A stretch of DNA of 64,000 bases from Selaginella moellendorffii (GCF_000143415.4 NW_003314311.1:1-64000), one strand, 5' to 3'; shown: positions 13,601 to 25,402, numbered from the stretch's first letter. Notes: generated by a model not told the origin, from the letters alone. Translations and numbers: made by a program.

Positions 13601-14561
13601 CAATTGCAGTTTCCCGTCCGTTTGAGTTGGTGGCGTTTGATCTTATGGGACCTTTTCCACGATCGACTGCTAGCAATGAGTATGTTATTATTGCTTCTGA
13701 CTACTTGACTCGTTAGGTGGAAGTTGGTGCTCTTGCTAGTGCCTCTACAACTGCTGTTGGATACTTCCTCCTCAATCGAGTGGTATTCCAGCATTCTTGT
13801 CCAGAGCGGATTCTTTCAGATAATGGTCTTGCATTTATGGCTAAGGTATTTCATGTTTTGACATCTCGGTTGGGGATACACCACACTTTTATGAGTGCTT
13901 ATCATCCACAATCAGACTGTCTGGTGGAACGGTTCGTTCGGACATTCAAAGGGATGATTGCGAAGTATGTGAACTTTCAGCATTCGGATTGGGATGGTTA
14001 TTTGCCGTCTTTTCGGTATGCCTATGTCACAGGGGTGCAGAGTTCTGTTGGTGCTTCACCATATAAACTTCTATATGGTCATGATCCAATATTACCAACA
14101 GAGCTGGGTTTACCTTCGCGATTGCCACGAGCTCCTGATGCTAGGTCATGGGATCAATATTTGACAAGTATTCTTCCACTTGTCCGAGCAAAGTCTGCTG
14201 AACACTTAGCTACGTACAAGTGGGACAACAATGGCGCTACAATTCCCATCATCGTCCACCTGCAGAGTACAAAGTGGATGATTTGGTGTTAGTCCGTTTT
14301 CCCCATCTTACGGTACGTGGTTTATCTAAGGGGCTCCTTGCGCAGTGGAAAGGACCGTATCGGGTGTTGTGGCAAGTTGGACCACAAGTTTATGAGGTTC
14401 GGCATGACGTTCAGCAAGCCGATCCTCCGGAGATTGTGCATGTGCAGCGGTTAAAACACTTCATACAAAAGGATCAGGAGCAATTAATACCGTTTACAGA
14501 TCCGCCGATGCCTCCTCCTGATGTTCCTCCAGATCCCGGCCCATTTACAAGAGAACCCTGA
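10624..14561 (+). pseudogene. pol: gag C-terminus and pol (protease, RT, RNase H, integrase) of outer element, with stops and frameshifts
   Basis: PVPMEVD. Protease DLILGMDWL with the catalytic site mutated to VNIG. RT IDYRPLN, LDLASGYWQ, MPFGL, FIDD. RH VDAS, ADALSR. IN H-H-C-C, SDNG, GPY. TAG stops at 11909, 12515 and 13714. No chromodomain. Confidence 0.95.
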
Positions 14562-14593
14562 TGGCCTTCCATTATTCCGAGAGGAGGGGATGA

Positions 14594-14760
14594 TGTGAGA
14601 GTCAAGTACGATACCGTATACTAATATTAGTGTAATGGGATTTTAGTAGCCGTCGGATTGGTTTCAATCTAGACCACTTACTCCTGTCTATAAGCTAGGG
14701 TTTTTAGGCTAATTGATATGCACATTTCTATATTCCTGTTCCATATTCCATGCATTCACA
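14594..14760 (+). repeat. 3' LTR of outer gypsy element (167 bp)
   Basis: TGTGAGAG...CATTCACA, preceded by the PPT and followed by CTAT. Confidence 0.95.
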
Positions 14761-15115
14761 CTATTATATTTTTTTTTATAAAATTTAAAACCTATCCATC
14801 TAAAAATTTACATTTTCTAGTATCTTCTAACTCCATATAAAAGCACAAAATAAAGAAGGTAGAAATTTATCCAATCCAGCTTTTGCATTTAATTTGCATG
14901 TGATTATAGACTTGCAATATTTAAAAACCATGGTCTTGTGAATCAATATCCCAGATCTGGCACATCAAACAACCCAAACTTTAGCATGAATCGCGATCCA
15001 GACAACAAAACAACAAGCACACAAATTCACTCGACATCCAAAAGTTAGATTAGCATGCATCAACATCAAAGAAGAGCAAGGAAAGAAGAAGAAAAGTTCT
15101 TACCAGGATCACAAT

Positions 15116-15382
15116 CTAAGCGGTTGCTTCCATGAGCTGCTCCACCTTGGCGATGTAATCTTTCATGGCATCGTCGGCAGATTTGCCCTCGCACTTCTTC
15201 CAGGCGTCCCATTTGGCCTTGCCCTTGAAATCCAGCATCCCCGGCCGACTCGTCTCGTTGTTGCCCACCGTCGCCTGCTTGTAGAGCCCGTAGAGGATGA
15301 GCTTGTCCGCGTCGGTCGTCGTCGGCGGCAGCTTGAGCGCATCCTCGGCCGCCTTCTTGAATTGCTCCTCCGTCGTCGCCAT
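15116..15382 (-). CDS. ACBP: Small cytosolic acyl-CoA-binding protein (88 aa, intronless CDS)
   Basis: LYGLYKQATVG...RPGMLDFKGKAKWDAW is the ACB domain signature. Confidence 0.96.
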   Translation of the reverse strand: MATTEEQFKKAAEDALKLPPTTTDADKLILYGLYKQATVGNNETSRPGMLDFKGKAKWDAWKKCEGKSADDAMKDYIAKVEQLMEATA

Positions 15383-15482
15383 AGCTAGATCGCACCAAGA
15401 ACCCTAAAATCCAAAAAGCCACTTTCCTCTTCTTTTACTTTATTTTGTGTGGCGCCCCCGCGCATGCTCGTGGATTCCAGCA

Positions 15483-17046
15483 ATGCCGTTGCCGATCGAT
15501 CGAATCGGTAAATCTCATCGATCTCGATGCGGGAATGTGCGAATCACTTTCTTGCAGGGGAGATTTTGCCTGTGATCAAGCTGGAGGCGATGGAGCCATA
15601 CGAGATGGGGCTCGCCATTGGGAAGCGCTTCTCGGCGATGATCGAGAGGAGATTGGAGCAAGATCCTCTTGTTCGATCGCAGCTCGTGCCGTTTTCTCGA
15701 ACGAGCGATGGCGAGCAGCTTGTTGACGATCTTAGTGCCACGAACAGGTCTTTGTATTTTTTTGTTCGTTGCTCTCACGTAATGTACCTCCATTGTTCTT
15801 TCAGGAATGCGTTTCCTCGTTACTGGGACGAGCTTCGTGGCATAGCCGATGGAAGTGGTGCTTCGTTTCTCGAGGTAAGAAAAATTCCTTGGAGAGATAG
15901 AAGAAAGGAAAGGAAAGTCTTTCTTTCTTTCGATCGATTGTTCTAAGCTCTTGTATCGTTTTTTTCCCAGCTGCTGCTCTTGAATCTTCGCAAGGAGATT
16001 TTTCCTTTCTTACCAACCGAAGTAGCAAAGGCCAGAGACGTGAACTTGGAAGCGGTGGAATGCTCCGATATCCTCGTTTGCAGACCCGATTTAACTGTGG
16101 TGGCACACAACGAAGATGCGGACGTTTCAGTTGAAGGCCATGCATTCCTTCTTCACGCTGTTCTTCCACACGGAGTCTCATTCTTCGCATACACTTACGC
16201 TGGAGAACTTCCAACTTGTGCGTTTGGATTCAACAGCTTCGGTGTGGTGAGCAAAATGGTTGTACAGTTTTTCTTGTTCTTGCGTGTTTGCTCTGGTTTT
16301 CTGGGCTCACACTTTTTGGTTTTCACGAAAGTGTTTCGATGCTCTGGTCAGGCTTTTACTTTGGACGCAGTTCCTCTTGCTCCAAGCGAGACTGTTCGCG
16401 GTGGTGTTGGAAGGAACTTTGTGTCGCGAGATCTGCTGGAAGCGAAGGACTTCACGGATGCTTTGAAGGTACAAACAATGCATTTCTTTTGGTTTTTGTG
16501 TACACGTTCAAGCGAGAGTTACCTTGCAGAGGATACAAAATCCGACATTGTCTGCTGGACACTGCTATAACTTGCTAGACATCAACGCCAAAATGATTTT
16601 CAACGTCGAGACAGCATCCAAGCAGCGTTTTACATCTCTGCAAATCTCCGAAGCGCCATACTTCCACGCAAACATGTACCTATGTTTGGATGTCTCACAG
16701 GTAATTCCCATAAGGCTTCAAAGCATTCTAAACAAGTCGATTCCAGCAGGTTTCCAACGATAGCTCTCTCCATCGCCAGAAAAGAGCCGCTGAGATGCCA
16801 AAGAACTCGCTGGAGGAGATTCTAGCTGTTCTTGGCGATGGCAGTGACGAGCTATATCCAATCTACATGACAGGTAATTTGAACTCCTTCGCGTTTCTTG
16901 AGAAGATTTTCGTGATCACAGGTCCAAAACTATGCACACTCGTCACCGTCGTGTTTGACGCGAGCTCAAGAACAATGACATTGTATCATGGAAACCCAGC
17001 AAAGTCTTCCACGCTCCAGCTTGAAATATCCCTTGATAGTGTTTAA
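15483..17046 (+). CDS. Peptidase C45 / acyl-CoA:6-aminopenicillanate acyltransferase-like Ntn hydrolase (multi-exon)
   Basis: Exons YEMGLAIGKRF, YWDELRGIADGSG, EC-SDILV (predicted autocleavage Cys), AHNED, YAGELP, FHANMY. Short GT-AG introns. Start inferred from splice phase. Confidence 0.85.
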
Positions 17047-17094
17047 AGGTTCTCTTTTCTTTCTTATCAGATTTTAGGGTTATTAGGGCTAGCG

Positions 17095-20000
17095 ATGGAG
17101 GAAGAGCGCCAAGAGCAGCCATCCGCGGCTTCATCCTCGTTCGCTCCAGCTAAAATCAAGACGCTCTTCCCCGCGTCGGCAGCCGGATCGCTCTTCCCGA
17201 TCTTACAGGTGAGGCGAGAAATTTCGATTCGAACAACAAATGCAGCGTTGTTCTAATCGCATTTTCCAGGCAAAGCATTTCGATGCTGAGGCTCCAACAT
17301 GGCTGAGCAATGCCAGCTTCTCTGAATCTCTTCTTCCACCTCGTCCTGTAAGTGTAGCGGTAGCACAGCCGAGTTTTAGAGAAGGCGATGGATCCGACTC
17401 AAATGGCGATGACGCGGAGCCACTGGGAGAGAAGAAAGACGGGGGCAAGGAGAAGAAACGAAAGAAGGAGAAGGATAAGGAGGACAAACAGAGGAAGAAG
17501 CACAAGAAGAAAGAGCAATCCGAGGATACTGTGATCGGTGCCCTCAAAGGAACTCGCTCCGAGAGGAAAGCCAGTGGTGGTATATGGGCTGGGGATGCTG
17601 GGAAGGACTGGTACTTTGATTTTCGGGGAGACAAAGACAATCTAGCATTCGAATCCTTGTACAGGTAATTTCTTTTCTTGTTCTTCCTACTTTGCAACCT
17701 GGTTTGAAAGCTTGAACTTCTTTATTTTGTAGACACGACATTGCTCGATACCATTTGCACCAGAGCAAGGAAGTTTTGGAAGAAAGGCTATGGAGGAGAC
17801 GATTGGACTTGGTTAGTCCGGAGGGTGATAGCTGCTCGCAGGAGGAGTCAGTGAGAACAAATGGCCGGTATTGGTCGTCAAAGGTGGCTTCGTTGGAGAG
17901 GCGTCGGGACTTTAAACGTTTGTGCTTTGGAGCTTTGCGCTCAAAGAAAACGAGGCATGAAGCAGGAGCCTTGTATGACAACTTCATCGCTCTAAACTTG
18001 AACGAAGGCGAGGTTGAGGACCAGGTAGAGATTCCTCAAGAGAAGAGCTGGGACGATTACGTTCTAGACAAGCTGAGATCTTTCAACCAGCTTACGCACG
18101 AAAAGCCCGGGGATGAGAGTGTGTGGATCAGTTTCGCAAAATTTCAGGTACACACGAGCTATTTCTCTGGCATGCTCTAAAATCTTGTAATGCACAGGAC
18201 GAACTCATCGAAGCAGAAAAGCGAAAGACAATGGTCCAGCATGCGATTGACAAGAAAATTTTACTTTTAGAGAAAGCCCTCGAGCATCATCCGAACAGCG
18301 AAGAGCTGATTCTCTTGTACCTGGAGACGTGCAGAAGGAAAGATGATCTCGATACGCTGATATCGAAATGGGAGCGGATGATCGTGAGACATAGCGGCAG
18401 CTATCGTCTATGGTGGGAATTTTTGAGACTCCGACGATCCACATTTTCTAAGTTCTCGGTATCGGCTCTTAGAAAACTGTACAGTCAAGCTCTTCAGGCT
18501 CTCGCTGCTGCTCGTAATCGGCAACAAAAGGAGGTAAGTTTTTTCTTCTTAATATGCATGCATATTAAATTTTTGTCTTCCTCTTTCAGCGTTTAATCGG
18601 AGATGATACTTCAAAGCTTGCAGAAGCAGAAGTTGGAGTCATCGCAATTTTTCTGGATCTTTGCCGTTTCGAGTGGCAAACCGGTCACCATGAGCTAGTG
18701 GTTGGCCTTTTCCAAGCACAGTTCGAGTATAGCTTTCTCTGTCCGCTTATCCAGCTTTCTCAGAACAACAAACTGAGATTGTTTGAGTCGTTTTGGAATA
18801 GTGGTGCACCAAGGATTGGAGAAGCCGGTGCAGTAGGATGGAACACTTGGATGGAGCAGAAAGAAGAGCAGATTCAAAACGCTAAAGCAATGTCTGCTCA
18901 CAAAATGGAGGAAGAAAGCAGCTGGGCTGGATGGAAAGAAACCAATGAAGTGACAAAGACTGGAATGGAGAAACCAGCGGCCGAGTCGAGCATGAAACAG
19001 GAAGTTGACGACGCGGAAGAAAATGACGAGATTGAGGAAGAAGACGATGCAGCGTTGCTTGAAAAGCTTGGACTCAATCTCGACTTGACGAAAGATGTGG
19101 AAGTCAAAGACGCTCGTATTTGGAAACGCTGGTCCGAGGAAGAAAGCCAGCGTGACTGTTCACAGTGGCTTCCTGTCAAGCAGCGGTCGAGGTAACGAGC
19201 TATATATATATATGTGTGTGTGTGTGTTTTTTTCAGTGTTTTCGGCTTACCTGATAGTCTTTTATGTATGAAGAGCAGCAGGAGATGATCAGGATGAGGA
19301 CGAGGACGAGGGACTGGAAAATATGGTCCTATTTGACGACATCAGAGAAAATCTCTTTACACTGACGACCGTGCAAGGAAAATTCTATCTCATGGGCCAA
19401 TTTCTCGAGTTCTGCAACGTGCCTTTGTTTCAATGGTATTTTGTCTATTTTTCTTCCTTATTTAACCTGGTTTCCTGTTCCAGGTATTGCTCCAATGGAC
19501 TCGGGTATAAAGAACGAATTGACTCGTTGGAGGTTTTAACCTCAGACATCCTAAACGCAAGCACTGACATTCAGGGCCTGGGAAATCTTGTGTTTCCGAA
19601 AGACTGGATCAAAGAGTCGAAGGGCCGGGCGCGCTTTGTCCGCAATACGGTTTTCCTGCTGAAGGACATCTTATCACACAATCTACACTTTCAGGAGGTG
19701 CTCCTTTCTTTAGAAGCTTTGGAAGCCAGTGAAAATGACGGCAATGACGGCTCTAGTGCTTCTCGAGCTCTTGCAAAGAAGTTACTGAAAGCCAGTCGAC
19801 AGGTAAGAAGCTTCGCGCTGATACATCGTGTACTAAATAATCTTGTTTAGGATCTTACGCTATGGGCAGCATACGCTTGCTTTGAAGCGTCTACTGGAAA
19901 TGTTGACGTTGCAAGGAAAATATTTGACACCGCGCTGACATCTTTGAGTGCTCTTCCAAAGGTAAGTTTTCCTGAAACGTTTTCTTTTTTTCCTTTTCCC

Positions 20001-21133
20001 CTGAGCTGTTTTGTTCTAGGAAGCACAATCGGATGCTTCTTCTATCTACCTTGCCTACGCCGAAGTGGAGATGGCACAGTGTGGCACTGACACCCAAGAT
20101 TATCAAAGGGTGCTGTATATTCTACACTTTCTAGGACTCGGTGATCCGTATCAACCGAACTTTTCCACTCTGAGCGGGACACAAGTTTTAAAAGCACGAC
20201 GTGGCTATAACGATCAACTGCAAAAGATTTACACGCTTGGAAAACTGCGCGAGGCGGAGGCATCGCTGGTGATTTGTGCCGCTTTATTTCACCAACTTAC
20301 CGCAGGATGGCAGCCTGCCACCTCGATTTTTCAACAAATTTTGTCAATGCCCGTGCAAGGTACTTCAGCCACCAATTTTTTATTTTTATTTTTCATTTAA
20401 AACAGGTCTGATCTTTCTTTTTCCTGTTCAGATGGTCTGCAAGAAAACGTTCATCACGAACGTCTGTTGCATTGCTATACTACCATGCTTGAAAGCCAGA
20501 AAAACTGGGTAAAGCCGACACTTATTCGACAAGTTGTGAAAGAGGGAGCTATGCAGTATCCATTCAACTTGAAACTCCTCACTTCATTCAAGCAAAACAC
20601 TCTCGCAAATGATACGCGTCGCTTTATCGACAAATTATCGCAGAGGTGGGTCGGTTTTCACGTCTGCCCTTTTCCTCTAAAACGAGTTTGCATGGCCTTG
20701 CAGGAAACAATCGAGCTTACAGTGGATTTTCGCATTGTCCTGCGAGGTCCCCATTGCTGGAGCAACCTCTCGCGTCCGTAATGTGTTTGAGCGTGCGCTA
20801 GATGCCGGTGGAAGCCAGCATTCCGTTCTTTTATGGCGCTTGTACGTTGCGTATGAGCTCGCGCAGAACAACAATGAAGGTGCCCGACGTGTTTTCTTTC
20901 GCGCAATCCATGCATGTCCATGGTACGTTTGCTAGCATTCATGTCAGTGCTTGAAGTTACTAACTAAAACGAGCCTTTTTTGAAGGTCCAAAGCATTGTG
21001 GATAGATGGTTTCCAGAAGATGAGCACTGTTCTTAGCGTCAAGGAATTGTCCGACCTTGTAGATATCATGCGCGACAAGGAGCTGCGCATTCGCACCGAT
21101 GTGTATGAGATACTGTTGGAGGAAGCTGGATAA
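17095..21133 (+). CDS. NRDE2: NRDE-2 family nuclear exosome/RNAi factor (multi-exon)
   Basis: YFDFRGDKDNLAF, FNQLTHEKPGDESVWISFAKFQ, FESFWNSGAPRIGE, RAIHACPWSKALW, KELRIRTDVYEILL*. Confidence 0.9.
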
Positions 21134-21354
21134 GCACCCCTGGTAGGTTCTTCATCTTTGCTTTGCTTTGCCTCTCAAGGTGTGGTTTTACTTTTAGGAG
21201 CAAATTTGAAGACGATCACCAACCTCTGTTCTGGGCTCTGCAGCTATTCGTTTTTTTTCCTAGTGCTTACTGCCCTGGTGTTTACTCCCAAGTGGTTGCA
21301 AGCTTCTGGGCACGCTGGGGTGGCCTTTTGGACAGCTGAGAATTAATGACAAGG

Positions 21355-21454
21355 NNNNNNNNNNNNNNNNNNNNNNNNNNNNNNNNNNNNNNNNNNNNNN
21401 NNNNNNNNNNNNNNNNNNNNNNNNNNNNNNNNNNNNNNNNNNNNNNNNNNNNNN
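21355..21454. other. Assembly gap (100 N)
   Basis: Run of N. Confidence 1.
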
Positions 21455-22220
21455 CCGCGCAAGGAAATGTGTGACCTGTGCTCAGTCTGGTTCCAGGTTA
21501 AAGGGAAGGCTTCTTTATTGGAGGTATTCATCACCACCAAGGCAAGCCATCACTTAAAGCACTTGAGCTCTTTCTTTCTTTTTGCTCCTTGCTTTTCTCC
21601 GTTCTGGAATACTTAACTCTAAAGCCTGGCTGTTGCAGGATTAGATAAATGTCAGCGTCGTGTGGGAGCGACTTCGTGAAATCTCGAGCTGGATGGGAAT
21701 TTTGGAACTGGATGTACACCGGCAGCGATTTGAAGGTAAGGTTGCATGTTTGAGTCGCGTTAGTTGTTCGGGAAGCCACATTTCGTGATCATTAGCTAAG
21801 AAAAAGAATACCGATTTCTTTTCACGATGAACAGTGAGAAGTGTCTTTTTCGATGTGTTGAGTAATAGCTGGTTGTTCTCCTCTCAGCTTTCCTCACTTT
21901 TTTCGCTACAGACTCATTTTTCTTGCTAGTGTATGGAAGGCTTCCTCTCTCTTTTTTTTGTGGACCATGCATGGAAGGTGTCCCGTAGCTGTTATAGATT
22001 CTTTGCATTGAGGGTCCTGGCATTGTTCGTGTGGGATTTCAAATTGGTTGGCTTTCGGGTTGCTTGAAAATTTTCAGAGCTGCAGTGAAAGACCAAATCT
22101 CTTTCCTTTCAGGGGAAAGTAGAAAGCAATCCCGCTGGAGATGAGCAAGCAAGTGTAGCAAGCAAGTATAGCCAAGATGATAAATTGGTAAGAATTTCGA
22201 TTCAATTCCCAGCAGCAGAG

Positions 22221-24011
22221 ATGGTGCAAGGTTTGCTTCGACGTGCACTTGGAGCGGTGAAAGACCAGGCCAGTATTGGACTAGCCAGAGTGAGCAGCAG
22301 CAGATCTCGGTATGTTCCAGCTCTGGAAATCGCAATTGTGAAAGCCACTAGCCACGACGAACTGGTGATGGTGGACGACAAGCATATCTTGGAGATAGTC
22401 TACTTGATGTCCTTCTCCAGAGGATACGCCAGCGTCTGCGTCTCTCTACTCGCTAGAAGGCTGAGCAAAACGAAGAACTGGGTGGTGGCTTTGAAGGTCC
22501 TGCTGGTAATTCACAGGTTGCTACTCCAAGACTCGTCAGTGATGGATTCGAGCTTCGACGACGAGTTAATGCTGGCTAGCAGGAGGATGCTCAGCTCCTC
22601 AAGCTTCAAGGACGAATCGAAGGATCCTCTGGCGCAGCTGTGCAGCTCCTTTGTCCGGAACTATGCTCTCTACATCGACGAGTGGCTCGACTGCTTTGTT
22701 CTGGGGGCCGCATCGCAGGATAGTTCCCTTGGCCAGGCTGCGGGGAATATAGTCGTGGACTTCAATGATTATAGAGTGGACTACACGACGTACAAGCAGG
22801 ACGAGCTCGTCCAGCAGCACCAGAAGAGCCAGAGCTCGGTGTCTGAGACCGACGCAGGGATTGGAATGCTGCTCAAGCGAGTTCCTGTGCTCCAACATCT
22901 GCTCGAGCACGTCCTTGGCTGCTCGTCGGGCGTGGAAGTCCGCCATCCTCTGGTGAGGTCGGCTCTCACTTTGATCCTGCGAGACAGCTTCCGGGTCTAC
23001 GCTCACGTCTGCGATGGCACAAGCACGCTGCTAAACGAGTTCTTCCTCATGGTTCACAAGGATGGTCTCAAAACTTTCGCGATTTACAGCCGGCTCGGGA
23101 AGCAGGCTGACGCTCTGGGAGAGTTGTATGAGAACTGCCGGGAGATGGGAATGTGCTCCGGATCGGAGTACCCGTCCGTCCAGAAGGTTTCTCGCGAGCA
23201 TCTGGTCCTACTCGAGGACTACTTGAAGGACGCCACCCGCAGGAACACCGACCAAGTTGATACGGCGAGCAGCGACGGGAAAACAAGCGAAGAAGTTGAC
23301 GAGATAGCTCCAATTGTTCTCGACGGGAAGCCGAAGCAGGACGTGGATCTGATCAGCTTGGAGCAGCAGCAGCAGCAACAGCAGCCTCTTTTCTCGACGG
23401 CTTCCGAGACCGAGAGCTCGTGGGAAACTTTTGCATCGAGCTCGGAAGAGGGTGGAACTCGAGCAAACCAGAAAAGTTCTCCAGCCAGCAGCAGCAGCCC
23501 GGGAAATCTCAAGAGTTCTCCGAAAGCTTCACCAGGAGACGATTCATCAAACGACACGGATGGAAAGTCTCTAGCAGCAACAGCAGCAGCAGCAGCAGTA
23601 GACAATCCAGCCGCGGGAAATCTCAAGACCAACAACTGTGAATCATCCGACTGGGAAGTAGCGCTCATGGACGAAGCCAAGAAGCTCTCGAGCTCTCTCT
23701 CCACGGCTTCCAGAGGGAGGAGCACGAGTTTTAGCCTGAGCGAGTGGCAGCCGGGGAACACTTCGAGGAGCTCAAGCGCTCGCGGCAGGCCGCAGCGAAG
23801 CAGGATTCCTCTTCTCTCCATGTCGGCGTTGCCCGCGCCGTTCGAGCTTGGATCACAGTCGTCGTCCTCGTTCTCCACCGCCAACGAAGATCTCTTTGGA
23901 TCGAAGAAGCGATTCCAGCAGCATCAGAGGATTGGAATTGGGAGCCCCGGATCGTATGGAAAGCTCATGAACAAGCATCCACAGGGATACAAGCACTTGC
24001 TCGCTCGCTAA
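22221..24011 (+). CDS. ANTH-domain clathrin assembly protein (PICALM/AP180-like), intronless
   Basis: RRALGAVKDQASIGLA, IVKATSHD, NWVVALKVLLVIHRLL, then a Ser-rich tail with WE motifs. ATG at 22221. Confidence 0.92.
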   Translation: MVQGLLRRALGAVKDQASIGLARVSSSRSRYVPALEIAIVKATSHDELVMVDDKHILEIVYLMSFSRGYASVCVSLLARRLSKTKNWVVALKVLLVIHRLLLQDSSVMDSSFDDELMLASRRMLSSSSFKDESKDPLAQLCSSFVRNYALYIDEWLDCFVLGAASQDSSLGQAAGNIVVDFNDYRVDYTTYKQDELVQQHQKSQSSVSETDAGIGMLLKRVPVLQHLLEHVLGCSSGVEVRHPLVRSALTLILRDSFRVYAHVCDGTSTLLNEFFLMVHKDGLKTFAIYSRLGKQADALGELYENCREMGMCSGSEYPSVQKVSREHLVLLEDYLKDATRRNTDQVDTASSDGKTSEEVDEIAPIVLDGKPKQDVDLISLEQQQQQQQPLFSTASETESSWETFASSSEEGGTRANQKSSPASSSSPGNLKSSPKASPGDDSSNDTDGKSLAATAAAAAVDNPAAGNLKTNNCESSDWEVALMDEAKKLSSSLSTASRGRSTSFSLSEWQPGNTSRSSSARGRPQRSRIPLLSMSALPAPFELGSQSSSSFSTANEDLFGSKKRFQQHQRIGIGSPGSYGKLMNKHPQGYKHLLAR

Positions 24012-24254
24012 AGAGATAATGTTTCGAATTTGAATTTGAATTAAAATTCAAAACCATGGTACGAATCTTAGAAAGCAGCTGATCAAATATGATGATATCT
24101 CTTTGTTCTCCTCTTTTCTCTTCTTGATTCATGCTTTGCATGATGTTAAGTGATATCTTCTTGCTTGCCCTTTGTTAGATCTTTCACCAACTTTTTTGGA
24201 TTGTATTGTCTTCATTAAAAAACGGTAGATTGTTAAAGAAATTTAAAAATTTTG

Positions 24255-25118
24255 TTAATTTGATTTCCATATACAAGTTTGCAAGATAGTATCAGAAACA
24301 ACAAAATATCCTGCATTTTCAACACAAAGTGCATATGTAACCCATTCATTCTGTGAAGAAAAGTATTTTGACCAAATAAGTTTGTTGTTTAAATCATAAA
24401 TTGCAAGGTTACCATCTTTTTTTAAATAAAGAGTACATCCATTACCCATGTTATTGGTTTTTGTATCCCAAATTACATATAACCCTTTATATAGTACTAA
24501 ATTACAATCATATTGCATATACAAAATATATTGGCGATTTGGAGACTGAAGAAAATTTCCGTTTTTTATATGTGAAAAACTTGAGAAAATTGGTCCACTT
24601 CTTATGCAAACTATATAAATATTACAATCTCTAAAATTCATAGTGAGTGAATTAATAGTTTTATTAGTGGTATATAATTCATCATTATCTACTATATAAG
24701 ATATTAAATATCTCTCAGATATATATTCTGCTAAACCATATGTAACTAAATCATTCATAACATAATTTTTAAAAATATAATAAAATTGATTTTGTAAATA
24801 ATCTCCTTTGAAAATCTTTGATAAATTAACAATTATAGTGCAAGCTATTATACTATCTATATATTGAGTTTGTATATCTAAAGCACTTATAGTCACAATT
24901 AAAGTTTTATCTTTCTCAAATTTTACATGTGATAGTGAAAATCCAACAAATAAATCTTCCTTTTTATCAACATTTTTTATAAGATCAAATATTAAAGGTA
25001 AAATAGTTGTTTGCCTATATTTAATAGAAATAGCTTGTGGATGATCATAATACTTAGTTATACAATTAGAACATACAATTAATAGAAATAGTAAACTAAA
25101 AAATAAAACCATAACCAT
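24255..25118 (-). CDS. Secreted protein: signal peptide + unknown ~150-aa domain + bulb-type (GNA-related) lectin domain
   Basis: Intact 287-aa ORF in very AT-rich DNA with a hydrophobic N-terminus. MQYDCNLVLY is a QxDxNxVxY motif. Full-length paralog at 60597-61451. Confidence 0.85.
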   Translation of the reverse strand: MVMVLFFSLLFLLIVCSNCITKYYDHPQAISIKYRQTTILPLIFDLIKNVDKKEDLFVGFSLSHVKFEKDKTLIVTISALDIQTQYIDSIIACTIIVNLSKIFKGDYLQNQFYYIFKNYVMNDLVTYGLAEYISERYLISYIVDNDELYTTNKTINSLTMNFRDCNIYIVCIRSGPIFSSFSHIKNGNFLQSPNRQYILYMQYDCNLVLYKGLYVIWDTKTNNMGNGCTLYLKKDGNLAIYDLNNKLIWSKYFSSQNEWVTYALCVENAGYFVVSDTILQTCIWKSN

Positions 25119-25393
25119 AAATTATTTTTGTAATTTTGACTACATAGTAGTTTTTAAATCCAATTTTGAAAATAAAATATAGAACCTTTAACATAGAGAA
25201 AATAAAATAAGAAAAAAATCATATAAAATATCAAGAATTTTGTATTTAATGTAAGGAATTTAAACTCCCGGTTAAAAGTTAAACATAGTTAAACAAGCTT
25301 AAAATTCCTTGTTAAAGGAAATTCCATTAGCTAAAATATACTTGAACGTTTTTGACGATAATCTGAGCCGTCAGTGTGAGCATCAGGGTTTTG

Positions 25394-25402
25394 TTTCCCG
25401 CC
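25394..25402 (+). promoter_or_regulatory. E2F binding site upstream of MCM2
   Basis: TTTCCCGCC about 60 bp before the ATG. MCM genes are established E2F targets. Confidence 0.7.

Larger units (their letters stand above)
1867..14760 (+). mobile_element. Degenerate Ty3/gypsy LTR retrotransposon (outer element), interrupted by a nested insertion
   Basis: TG..CA LTRs at 1867-2041 and 14594-14760, CTAT on both flanks, PBS at 2043, PPT GAGGAGGGGATGA at 14581-14593, and gag-PR-RT-RH-IN order. Confidence 0.95.

Noticed and set aside
24229-25323. TTGTTAAAG(G)AAATT on both sides of the first lectin gene as a TSD
   Set aside because: Imperfect and AT-rich, and one copy is part of the 3' flank shared with the paralog.
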